Below, in pieces: positions 26,706 to 36,402 of a stretch of DNA of 64,000 nucleotides; the first letter of the stretch is position 1, and every line of letters begins with the position of its first letter. Source of the stretch: an uncultured Actinomycetes bacterium. GTDB taxonomy: Bacteria; Actinomycetota; Actinomycetes; S36-B12. The position numbers were made by a program, and so were the translations under genes. Below the pieces are notes generated by a model. That model was given only the letters and a program-made list of their open reading frames with translations, had not been told where the DNA came from and did no database searches. The stretch is taken from the NCBI GenBank assembly GCA_963842725.1, contig CAWJHN010000004.1, positions 1,566 through 65,565 of the forward strand. The letters are read 5' to 3'.

Positions 26706-27239
26706 TCAGTCGTCCACGGGGAAGTCGCCGGCCGCCGCTCGCATGGTGCGCAGAAGTGCGTAGAGCTGTGCGAGCTCGTCGGCATCGAGTCCATCGACAC
26801 CGAAGGACAGATCGTTCAGCGTCTTCGTCGCCTGTTGCGTGACCTTCTTGCCCTTGGGAGTCAAGGCGGCCAGGACCTTGCGGCGGTCGATGCTGTCCGG
26901 TGCACGGCGGACCAGTCCCTGTGACTCCAGGCGGTCGATCGCGTTGGTGACCGACGTGGGATGGACCATGAGCCGCTCGCCGATCTTGCTGAGCGGGAGG
27001 AACCCGTTGCGACTGAAGGTCAGCAGCACCAGCACCTCGTACCGCGCGAACGTGATCTCGTAGGGTTTCAGGGCGTTGTCCAGCGCGCTCAGGAGGAACT
27101 GCTGGACACGCATGATCGAGGTGGCGACCTTCATCGATGTCGACTCGCCGAAGTGCACCTGCCAGAGCTCGCCGGCCCGGTCTATCGGGTCGAACGGCAG
27201 GTGTGGCTCCGGTCGCTCAGGGCTCGCTGACTCAGCCAT
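26706..27239 (-). CDS. MarR-family transcriptional regulator
   Basis: 177 aa. Winged-helix region: LTFSRNGFLPLSKIGERLMVHPTSVTNAIDRLESQGLVRR...DRRKVLA. Overlaps the upstream acyl-CoA dehydrogenase gene by 8 nt. Confidence 0.85.
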   Translation of the reverse strand: MAESASPERPEPHLPFDPIDRAGELWQVHFGESTSMKVATSIMRVQQFLLSALDNALKPYEITFARYEVLVLLTFSRNGFLPLSKIGERLMVHPTSVTNAIDRLESQGLVRRAPDSIDRRKVLAALTPKGKKVTQQATKTLNDLSFGVDGLDADELAQLYALLRTMRAAAGDFPVDD

Positions 27240-28398
27240 TGATCACGTGCCGAGCCATCACGATGCGCTGGATCTGGTTGGTTCCCTCGTAGATCTGCGT
27301 GATCTTGGCATCGCGCATCATGCGCTCCACCGGGTAGTCCTTGACGTACCCGGCGCCACCGAGCAGTTGAACTGCATCCGTCGTGACCCGCATGGCCATG
27401 TCCGAGGCGAAGCACTTGGCCGCTGCTCCGAAGAACGACAGGTCCTTGTCGCCGCGCTCGGACTTCGAGGCGGCCACATAGACCATCTGACGCGCGACCT
27501 CGAGCTCCATCGCCATGTCGGCGAGCATGAACTGGAGTCCCTGGAACTCCGCGAGGCGCTTCCCGAACTGCTTGCGCTCCTTGACGTATTCCAGGGAGAC
27601 GTCGAGGGCGCCCTGGGCGATGCCGATCGCCTGGGCGCCGATCGTGATCCGGGTGTGGTCGAGGGTGCGCAGGGCGATCTTGAGACCCTCACCGCGGGTG
27701 CCGACGATCCGGTCGCCTGGGAGTCTCACGTGGTCGAAGAGCAACTCGCGGGTGGGCGAGCCCTTGATCCCCATCTTGCGCTCCTTGGCGCCGAAGGTGA
27801 AGCGGGCGTCCGACTTCTCCACGACGAATGCGGACACCGTGCTGCCGCGCTTGGCGTCGGGGTCGGTCACGGCGAAGACCGTGTAGTACTCGGCCTCGCC
27901 CGCGTTGGTGATCCACGACTTCTGGCCGGTGAGGATCCAGTCGTCACCGTCGGGGACGGCACGGCAGGTCATGGCTGCGGTGTCGGATCCGGCCTCCCGC
28001 TCGGAGAGCCCATAGGCGAACATCGCATCGCCGCGCGCGACCGGCGGCAGGTACGTGGCCTTCTGCTCGTCACTGGCCGCGAGGATCAGCGGCATCGTCC
28101 CGAGCTTGTTCACCGCGGGGATGAGTGAGGTTGAGGCGCAGGCTCGAGCGACCTCCTCGATGACGATGCAGGTCGCGAGCGCGTCGGCGCCGACCCCGCC
28201 GTACTCCTCGTCGATGTGCGGTGCGTGGAAGTCGGACGCCCGTAGTGCGTCGTAGGCGGCCTGCGGGAACGAGCTTGTCTCGTCGACCTCCGCCGCGTGC
28301 GGCGCGATCTGGTGAATCGCGATGTCACGTATCGCCTCGCGGATCATCCGGTGATCCTCGGGTAGCTGGTAGGCGGCGAACTCGGTGTTGCCGGACAT
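27232..28398 (-). CDS. acyl-CoA dehydrogenase (short/branched-chain type)
   Basis: 388 aa with typical ACAD sequence (GLSEREAGSDTAAM, QFGKRLAEFQGLQFMLADM, TQIYEGTNQIQR). Confidence 0.9.
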   Translation of the reverse strand: MSGNTEFAAYQLPEDHRMIREAIRDIAIHQIAPHAAEVDETSSFPQAAYDALRASDFHAPHIDEEYGGVGADALATCIVIEEVARACASTSLIPAVNKLGTMPLILAASDEQKATYLPPVARGDAMFAYGLSEREAGSDTAAMTCRAVPDGDDWILTGQKSWITNAGEAEYYTVFAVTDPDAKRGSTVSAFVVEKSDARFTFGAKERKMGIKGSPTRELLFDHVRLPGDRIVGTRGEGLKIALRTLDHTRITIGAQAIGIAQGALDVSLEYVKERKQFGKRLAEFQGLQFMLADMAMELEVARQMVYVAASKSERGDKDLSFFGAAAKCFASDMAMRVTTDAVQLLGGAGYVKDYPVERMMRDAKITQIYEGTNQIQRIVMARHVING

Positions 28399-28429
28399 CT
28401 CTGCGATCCTCCCGTTGTGCTTTCAGTGG

Positions 28430-31400
28430 TCAGACGTTGCGACGGTACTTGCCCCCGACCTCGAAGAACGCCTCGCTGACCTGACCCAGCGAGCACACTC
28501 GGACGGCCGCCATGAGCTCCTCGAACACGTTCTCGCCCGCGGTGGTGACCTGCTTGAGTCGGGCGAGGGCGGCCGGCGCCTCGTCACGATGGCGATCCTG
28601 GAACTCAGCGAGCCGCCGGAGCTGCGACTGCTTCTCCTCGTCCGTCCCGCGTGCGAGCTCGATGGTCGGCGGTGCCTCTCCGCTGTGGTCGGTGAGGAAG
28701 GTGTTGACGCCGATGATCGGGAGCGTGCCGTCGTGCTTTCGGTGCTCGTAGAGCATGGACTCGTCCTGGATGCGGCCGCGCTGGTAGCCGGTCTCCATGG
28801 CGCCGAGGACTCCGCCGCGGTCGGCGATGCGATCGAACTCCTGCAGGACGGCCTCCTCGACGAGGTCGGTGAGCTCCTCGACGACGTAGGAGCCCTGTAG
28901 GGGGTTCTCGTTCATCGACAGGCCCCATTCCTTGTCGATGATCATCTGGATCGCCAGGGCGCGGCGCACGGACTGCGCCGAGGGGGTGGTGACGGCCTCG
29001 TCGTAGGCGTTGGTGTGCAGGGAGTTGGCGTTGTCGTACAGCGCGCACAGGGCCTGCAGCGTCGTGCGGATGTCGTTGAAGTCCATCTCCTGAGCGTGCA
29101 GGGAGCGGCCAGAGGTCTGGACGTGGTACTTCAGCCGCTGGGATCGGTCGCTGGCCCCGTACCTGTCGCGCATGGCGATCGCCCAGATGCGTCGTGCCAC
29201 CCGGCCCAGGACGGTGTACTCGGCGTCCATGCCGTTGGAGAAGAAGAACGACAGGCTGGGGGCGAAGTCGTCGATGGCCATCCCGCGCGCGAGGTAGGCC
29301 TCGACGTAGGTGAACCCGTTGGCCAGGGTGAAGGCGAGCTGGCTGAGGGGGTTCGCCCCGGCCTCGGCGATGTGGTACCCGCTGATCGACACCGAGTAGA
29401 AGTTGCGCACTGAGTGATCGATGAACCACTGCTGCATGTCGGCCATGCAGCGCAGGGAGAACTCCGTCGAGAAGATGCAGGTGTTCTGGCCCTGGTCCTC
29501 CTTGAGGATGTCGGCCTGCACGGTGCCGCGGACGGTCGACAGCGCGGTGGCGCGCAACTCCTCGGCCTCGGCCGCATCGGGCTCACGGTCATGGTCGTCA
29601 CGGAACCGCTCGACCTGCTGGTCGATGACGGCGTTCAGGTACATCGCCAGGATCGCCGGGGCGGGACCGTTGATGGTCATCGACACCGACGTGGTCGGCG
29701 AGCACAGGTCGAAGCCGGCGTAGAGGTCCTTGATGTCGTCGACCGTCGCGACCGAGACCCCGGAGGTGCCGACCTTGCCGTAGACGTCCGGTGCCGACCC
29801 AGGATCGCGCCCGTAGAGGGTCACGGAGTCGAACGCGGTCGACAGCCGGGTCGCGGGCTGGCCGGCGCTGAGCAGGTGGAATCGCCGGTTCGTGCGTGCC
29901 GGGTCGCCCTCGCCGGCGAACATGCGTGCCGGGGCCTCCTCGGGGCGCTTGAACGGGAACACGCCAGCCGTGAAGGGGAAGTAGCCGGGGAGGTTCTCGG
30001 AGCGCAGGTAGCGGACGAGCTCGCCGTGATCGGTCAGTCGCGGCAGCGCCACCCGTCGGACGCTCGAGCCCGACAGCGTGGTGCGGGTCAGCGGCGTGTG
30101 GATCTCCTTGCCGCGAACCACGTAGACCAGATCGTCGCGCGCGTAGCTCGACTGCAGCCCGGGCCACGACTCGAGCAGCGCCCTCACGTCGGCGGCCAGC
30201 TCGTCTGCGACGTCGCTGCGCAGCCGCCCCACTGTCTCGGCGGCCACCGCCTCGCCAGCCGCCTCCAGCAGGGCTCTCGTCGAGTCGAGCTGCTGCAGGC
30301 GGCGGGCAACGACTGCCTGCATGCCGGTCTGCGCGTGGTAGCCGCGAACGGCCTCGGCGATCTCGGCGAGGTAGCGCTCGCGTCCGCGCGGAAGCACACC
30401 GGCGAGGTGCGTCGATGCCCGTCCGCTCACGACCGGGAGGACACCGTCGAACGACCGGAGTCCCTTCTCCAGGAGGAGCGACTTCAGGAAGTGGTACAGC
30501 GCAGAGACGCCGTCGTCGTCGAAGCGGGCAGCGCTGGTCCCGAAGACCGGCATCTCCTCCCAGCCGGTCCCGAATGCTCCCCGGTTCCGGATCAGCTGGC
30601 GGGCGACGTCGCGGCGGGCGTCCTCAGCACCGCGGCGCTCGTACTTGTTCACCGCGACGACGTCGGCGTAGTCGAGCATGTCGATCTTCTCGAGCTGCGA
30701 TGCGGCACCGTACTCGGGCGTCATCACGTACAGACTCGTATCGACATGGGAGACGATCGCCGCGTCGCCCTGTCCGATTCCCGGCGTCTCGACGAGCACG
30801 AGGTCGAACCCGGCCGCCTTGCACGTGGCCACGATGTCATCGAGGGACTCCGGGATCTGCCGCCCGGCCTCTCGGGTCGCCAGCGACCGGAAGAAGACCA
30901 CCCCCGGATCGATGCTGTTCATCCGGATGCGGTCGCCGAGGAGCGCGCCGCCGCCGCGCTGGCGAGTGGGGTCGATGGCCAGCACGGCCACGCGCAGCTT
31001 GTCCTGGCTGTCGCGCCGCAGGCGTCGGATGAGCTCGTCGGTGAGTGACGACTTGCCGGAACCGCCGGTGCCGGTGATGCCGAGAACAGGAATGGACGTC
31101 TGCTGCGGCGGCTGATCGCACCGCGGCGGCGAGGTCAGGGTCAGCGCCCGCCTGCAGCACGGTGATCGCGCGACCGATCGACGTGGGTGACCCGGCGAAG
31201 AGGGAGTCGAGGTCGACGTGACTGGCGGCTAGGTCTGTGTCGCACTCGGCGATGAGCTCGTTGATCATCCCGGGGAGGCCGAGCCGCTGACCGTCCTGCG
31301 GGCTGAAGATGCGGACGCCTAGGCCGGCGAGGTGCTCGATCTCCTCAGGGACGATCACGCCACCGCCACCGCCGTAGACCTTGACGTGCGTCGCGCCTAC

Positions 31401-31760
31401 CTCGCGCAGGCGCTCGACGAGGTATGTGAAGTACTCGACGTGGCCACCCTGGTAGGACGAGATCGCGACCCCCTGCGCGTCCTCCTGAACAACCGCGGTC
31501 ACGACCTCCTCGACCGAGCGGTCATGCCCGAGATGGATGACCTCCGCGCCCTGCGCCTGCAGCAGTCGCCGCATGATGTTGATCGCCGCGTCGTGTCCGT
31601 CGAAGAGGCTCGCAGCGGTCACGAAGCGCACCGGGTTGACCGGGATATGGAGGGCGGTTGCGTCCGTCACGTCGTCTCCGATGGCCGTTGGCGCCACGTC
31701 GGCGCGGGGGATGAACCCTCGCTCAAAATAGTAGGACATCCAAGGAAAAAGCACCAGCAC
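28430..31760 (-). pseudogene. icmF: fused isobutyryl-CoA mutase (B12 domain - MeaB-like GTPase - mutase barrel), one frame shift as sequenced
   Basis: The B12-binding domain (VRFVTAASLFDGHDAAINIMRR...HLGHDRSV) lies in ORF 30837..31760. The P-loop IPVLGITGTGGSGKSSLTDEL and the rest lie in the frame of ORF 28430..30991. One extra base sits between about 31095 and 31125, in the linker before the GTPase domain. Confidence 0.85.
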
Positions 31761-32070
31761 CTGTCTTGATGGTCATTTCGATGCGCTCTGCCTCATGGAT
31801 TCCGCCACGATCTCCCATCGAAACTAGTGGGACGTTGCAATATCGGATGTCACACCGGTGGGCTGCGGCCCCAGGTGATCGGCCACCTGACCCCATCGAT
31901 AGCGAGGTTCACCTTCATGAAGATCGCGGCGTGCGCGAGGGTGGTTCCGGACACGTGGGCGGAGACGGCGCCGCGAAGGCGGCAGTCGAGCCAAGGGTAT
32001 TGTCTTTTGACCTTGAGTGCCATAACCTCCCTGAATCACCGGAGCGGCCGGTGGAGAGGGTGAGGTTCCC

Positions 32071-32160
32071 ATGGACGAGAACACGACTGTGACCGAGGAC
32101 GTCACGGTGGAGACCCTGATCGAGGATGTCTCGATCGACGGCATGTGCGGCGTCTACTAG
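32071..32160 (+). CDS. mftA: mycofactocin precursor peptide
   Basis: A 29-codon ORF, MDENTTVTEDVTVETLIEDVSIDGMCGVY-stop, with the invariant IDGMCGVY tail. A GGAGAGGG motif lies upstream. It is too short for the supplied ORF track. Confidence 0.9.
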   Translation: MDENTTVTEDVTVETLIEDVSIDGMCGVY

Positions 32161-32176
32161 GCCCGGACGCACCCAC

Positions 32177-32475
32177 ATGACTGTCCACGCCTCGATTCTG
32201 GACGAGCGGCTGCGGCTGTCGCCGAGTGTGTCGCTGCGACCGGAGCCGTTCGGTGCGCTGGCGTACCACTTCGGCAACCGTCGGCTGACGTTCCTGAAGC
32301 GACCGGAGCTGGTGGAGGTCGTGCGGCGCCCTCGATGGGCGCCGGACGCTGCGCGAGGTGCTGTCCGGCGTGCGGGATCCCGGAGTCGCAGTGGCCCGCG
32401 TACGACGCGACCATTGCGCGGCTCATGGGCGCGGACATGCTGCAGGTCGTGACGCTGGCGGCGGTCGATGGCTGA
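32177..32475 (+). pseudogene. mftB: mycofactocin peptide chaperone MftB, two +1 frame shifts as sequenced
   Basis: MTVHASILDERLRLSPSVSLRPEPFGALAYHFGNRRLTFLKRPELVEVV carries the RPExFGAL signature. The protein continues as LDGRRTLREVLSGV (+1 at about 32330) and then IPESQWPAYDATIARLMGADMLQVVTLAAVDG-stop (+1 at about 32372). Confidence 0.85.
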
Positions 32476-33674
32476 GCGGCCCGACGGGCGGCACGCTCGT
32501 CGAGCAGTTCGAGCACGGCCTCGACGCGCCGATCTGCCTGACCTGGGAGCTGACCTACGCCTGCAACCTGTCGTGCGTGCACTGCCTGTCGTCGTCCGGC
32601 CGGCGCGATCCGCGCGAGCTGTCGCACCGCGCAGTGCAAGGCGGTCATCGACGAGCTGCAGCGCATGCAGGTGTTCTACGTCAACATCGGCGGCGGCGAG
32701 CCGACGGTCCGCCCGGACTTCTGGGAGCTGGTCGACTACGCCATCGACGCACCAGGTCGGCGTGAAGTTCTCCACCAACGGCGTCGCGGATCACGCCGGA
32801 GCGTGGCCGCGCGCATCGCCGCCACGCGACTACGTCGACGTGCAGATCTCGCTCGACGGCGCGACCGCCGAGGTCAACGACCCGGTGCGCGGGGCCGGCT
32901 CGTTCGACATGGCGATCCGCGCGCTGGAGAACCTCGCCGACGGCCGGGTTCACGGACGCCAAGATCTCGGTCGTCGTCACCCGGCAGAACGTCGACCAGC
33001 TCGACGACTTCAAGGCGCATCGCCGACCGACTACGGCGCCACGCTGCGGATCACCCGGCTGCGCCCGTCGGGGCGCGGCGCCGACGTGTGGGACGAGCTG
33101 CACCCGACCGCGGAGCAGCAGCGCGAGCTCTACGACTGGCTGGTGCGCGCACGGCGAGAACGTGCTGACCGGCGACTCGTTCTTCCACCTCTCCGCGTTC
33201 GGCGATCGCGCTGCCCGGGCTGAACCTGTGCGGCGCCGGGCGGGTGGTGTGCCTGATCGATCCCGTCGGCGACGTCTACGCCTGCCCGTTCGCGATCCAC
33301 GAGCACTTCCTGGCCGGCAACATCCTCGCCGACGGCGGCTTCGCAGACCGTCTGGCAGGAGTCCGAGCTGTTCGCCGAGCTGCGCGAGCCGCAGACCGGC
33401 GGCGCCTGCACGTCGTGCGCGCACTTCGACGCCTGCCGCGGCGGCTGCATGGCGGCGAAGTTCTTCACCGGCCTGCCGCTGGACGGCCCCGACCCGGAGT
33501 GCGTCCAGGGCTACGGCGAGACCGCCCTGGCCGCGCCGACCGCGCCAGGCCCCGATGCCCAGCCAGGACCACTCCCGCGGCGAGCGCGCGCAAGCCGGTG
33601 TCGGCGTGCGACGAGAACCCGCTCGCCGACCTCGACGTTCATCCCGCTCGACACGCTCAGCGCTGTCCCGGTAG
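32468..33674 (+). pseudogene. mftC: mycofactocin radical SAM maturase MftC, at least 14 frame shifts as sequenced (3' end uncertain)
   Basis: Conserved blocks appear in cyclically advancing frames: MAERPDG; LVEQFEHGLDAPICLTWELTYACNLSCVHCLSSSG; TAQCKAVIDELQRMQVFYVNIGGGEPTVRPDFWELVDYAIDA; HQVGVKFSTNGV; RITPER; AARIAAT; DYVDVQISLDGATAEVND; GFTDAKISVVVTRQNVDQLDDFKA; YGATLRITRLRPSG; HGENVLTGDSFFHLSAFGD; LNLCGAGRVVCLIDPVGDVYACPFAIHEHFLAGN; WQESELFAELREPQTGGACTSCAHFDACRGGCMAAKFFTGLPLDGPDPECV. Confidence 0.85.
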
Positions 33675-33704
33675 TCGCGCACGCCCGAAGAGGAAGGCAA
33701 TCCG

Positions 33705-34908
33705 ATGGCTCAGCCCTGGTTCGAGACCGTCGCCGAGGCGCAGCGGCGCGCGAAGAAGCGGCTGCCGACGTCGGTCTACACGGCGCTGCTCGGCGGGCAA
33801 CGAGCGGGGCATCTCCGTACCGCGACAACGTCGAGCGCCTTCGGCGAGCTCGGCTTCGCCCCGCACGTCGCGGGCCTGTCCGGCGAGCGCGAGCTGGCGA
33901 CGACGGTGATGGGCCAGGAGATCTCGATGCCGGTGATGATCTCGCCGACCGGCGTGCAGGCCGTGCACCCCGACGGTGAGGTCGCCGTCGCCCGGGCCGC
34001 CGCGGCCCGCGGCACCGCGATGGGGCTGTCGCTCGTTCGCCAGCAAGCCCATCGAGGAGGTCATCGCGGCCAACCCGCAGATGTTCTTCCAGATGTACTG
34101 GATGGGCGCCCGCGACGACGATCGCAGGCGACGATGGAGCGCGCCCGCGCGGCCGGCGCCAAGGGCCTGATCGTCACCACCGACTGGTCGCTTCTCGCTA
34201 CGGCCGCGACTGGGGCAGCCCGGCGATCCCGGAGAAGATGAACCTCAAGGCGATGATGCAGTTCGCGCCCGAGGCCATCACCCAGCCCGCGCTGGCTGCT
34301 GCGACTTCGCCAAGGACCGGCAGATCCCCGACCTCACCGCGCCCAACCTCGCGCACGGCGGGCGAGCCCGCGCCGACCTTCTTCGGCGCCTACGGCGAGT
34401 GGATGAGCACCCCGCCGCCCACCTGGGAGGACATCGCCTGGCTGCGCGAGCAGTGGGGCGGCCCGTTCATGCTCAAGGGCGTCATGCCGCGTCGACGACG
34501 CCAAGCGCGCCGTCGACGCCGGCTGTCACCGCGATCTCGGTGTCCAACCACGGCGGCAACAACCTCGACGGCACCCCGGCGCCGATCCGCTGCCTGCCCG
34601 CCGATCGCCGACGCGGTCGGCGACCAGGTCGAGGTCCTGCTCGACGGCGGCATCCGCCGCGGCAGCGACGTCGTCAAGGCGGTCGCGCTCGGCGCCCGCG
34701 CCGTGATGATCGGCCGCGCCTACCTGTGGGGCCTGGCCGCCAACGGGCAGGCCGGCGTCGAGAACGTCCTCGACATCCTGCGCGATGGGCATCGACTCCA
34801 CGCTCTACGGCCTCGGCCACCGATCGATCCACGAGCTGAGTCCGCGACGACGTCATCATCCCGCCCGGCTTCACCCGCTCGCTGGGCGTGCCGGCCGAGT
34901 CCCCGTGA
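33705..34908 (+). pseudogene. mftD: pre-mycofactocin synthase MftD (FMN-dependent alpha-hydroxyacid-dehydrogenase family), about 16 frame shifts as sequenced
   Basis: Conserved blocks in advancing frames: MAQPWFETVAEAQRRAKKRLPTSVYTALLGG; NERGISV; RDNVE; AFGELGFAPHV...[31 protein letters not shown]; [23 protein letters not shown]; [21 protein letters not shown]; [17 protein letters not shown]; [41 protein letters not shown]; [12 protein letters not shown]; [22 protein letters not shown]; [60 protein letters not shown]; [10 protein letters not shown]; [20 protein letters not shown]-stop. Confidence 0.85.
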
Positions 34909-35594
34909 CGAACTCGTTGGCCAACTCCAGCTGGGTCGACGTGCCCGAGCGGCCCGTCGTCCTCATCCCGCTGGGGTCCACCGAGCAGCACGGACCCCAC
35001 CTGCCGTTCTCCAGCGACACCCTCATCGCGCAGGCGGTTGCCCGCGCCGCTGCCGAGGATTATCGCGATGCTACGGGCTGCCAGCGTTGCTCGTGGCCCC
35101 ATCGGTCGCCTATGGGGCCAGCGGTGAGCACCAGGGCTTCCCCGGCACGATCTCCATCGGGCACGAGGCGCTGCGCAGCGTGCTCGTCGAGACTGGTCCG
35201 CTCCTTGTCGACGTGGTCGGGGCGGATCGTGTTCGTCAATGGGCACGGCGGCAACGTCCCGACCCTGACGGCCGTGGTCGACCAGATGCGCTACGAGCAG
35301 CACGACGTCTCGACCGTGATGTGCGCGCTGGAGACGGCGACGGATGCGCACGCCGGTTTCGATGAGACGTCCGTCATGCTCCACCTGCACCCCGAACTCG
35401 TCGACATGTCCCGGGCCGAGGCCGGCAACACCACGCCCCTTGACGAACTGCTCCCCGAGCTCATGGCCAAGGGCGTCCGGTCCGTCAGCGCCAATGGGAT
35501 CCTCGGCGATCCGACGACCGCCACCGCACAGGACGGTGAGAGGCTGTTCGCGCAGCTCGTGGACCGCGTACGTGAGGAGCTCATGCATGGCTGA
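34905..35594 (+). pseudogene. mftE: mycofactocin precursor peptidase MftE (creatininase family), two frame-shift events as sequenced
   Basis: GTG overlaps the mftD stop (GTGA). Blocks: [39 protein letters not shown], then [29 protein letters not shown] in another frame (about 35065), then back at about 35215 for [11 protein letters not shown]...[15 protein letters not shown]...ILGDPTTATAQDGERLF. Confidence 0.8.
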
Positions 35595-36402
35595 CCCACG
35601 CATGTCAGAGGCACGCGTCGCCCTGGTCACCGGAGCCGCACGCGGCATCGGCGCCGCCACCGTCGACCGCCTCTGCGCCGAGGGATACCGCGTCGTGGCC
35701 GTCGACATCGCCGGCACCCACGAGGATGCCGAAGGCATCGAGTACGAACTATCCACCTGGGCCGATCTGCAGGCCGTCGCCGAGCACCACCCCGACTCGG
35801 TGATCCCAGTGGCGGCGGACGTCCGCGATGTGCAGGCCCTTCAGGCCGCATCAGACCTCGCCGTCGAGCGATGGGGCCGACTCGACGTCGCTGTCGCTGC
35901 CGCCGCAGTGATCATCGGCGGGAAGCCACTCTGGGAGACACCCAGTGAGCATCTCCAGACCCTCTTGGACATCGACCTCGTCGGCGTCTGGAACACCGCC
36001 ACCGTGGCCGTGCCCCACATGCTGGGCGGCCCCAACCCGCAGGGCTGCCGCTTTGTCGCCGTCGCCTCACCCGCCGGCATAAACGGGCTCTTCCGCCTTG
36101 CCGGCTACAACGCTGCCAAGCACGCTGTCATCGGGCTGGTCAAGGGGCTCGCGGCCGACCTCGTCGGCACCGGCGTCACCGCCGTCGCCGTCTCACCCGG
36201 ATCGACTGACACTCGCATGCTCCAAGCCACCGCAGACCTCTACGGACTCGAGAGCGTCGAAGACTTCATTGCCTCCTCACCGATCCGCCGCCTCCTGCAT
36301 CCCGACGAACTGGCCGCGACCATCGCGTTCTGCTGCTCCCTGACCGGAGGCGTGCTCAACGGATCCGTGGTCTCCGCCTCCGGCGGATTCACCGGGGGTT
36401 AG
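35587..36402 (+). CDS. mycofactocin-associated short-chain dehydrogenase/reductase (SDR)
   Basis: Intact 271 codons. Contains VALVTGAARGIGAATV (Rossmann) and the catalytic YNAAKH. The ATG overlaps the mftE stop (ATGGCTGA). The sequence resembles the carveol-dehydrogenase-like SDRs that accompany mft loci. Confidence 0.75.
   Translation: MADPRMSEARVALVTGAARGIGAATVDRLCAEGYRVVAVDIAGTHEDAEGIEYELSTWADLQAVAEHHPDSVIPVAADVRDVQALQAASDLAVERWGRLDVAVAAAAVIIGGKPLWETPSEHLQTLLDIDLVGVWNTATVAVPHMLGGPNPQGCRFVAVASPAGINGLFRLAGYNAAKHAVIGLVKGLAADLVGTGVTAVAVSPGSTDTRMLQATADLYGLESVEDFIASSPIRRLLHPDELAATIAFCCSLTGGVLNGSVVSASGGFTGG

Noticed and set aside
29414-31048. 544-aa plus-strand ORF opposite icmF. Similar long shadow ORFs occur at 39407..40960, 42181..43956, 27076..28128, 32681..33700 and 34674..35756, with alternative-frame ORFs inside cgs (for example 20085..21053 and 15693..16430).
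   Set aside because: All overlap genes with strong family signatures and have the Arg/Ala/Gly/Pro-dominated composition expected from stop-poor GC-rich DNA. None shows a recognisable domain.
32177-35594. Programmed ribosomal frameshifting or transcriptional slippage as an explanation for the mft frame changes.
   Set aside because: More than 30 events occur in 3 kb with no shared slippery heptamer or downstream structure, and many lie outside homopolymers. No known recoding mechanism operates at this density.
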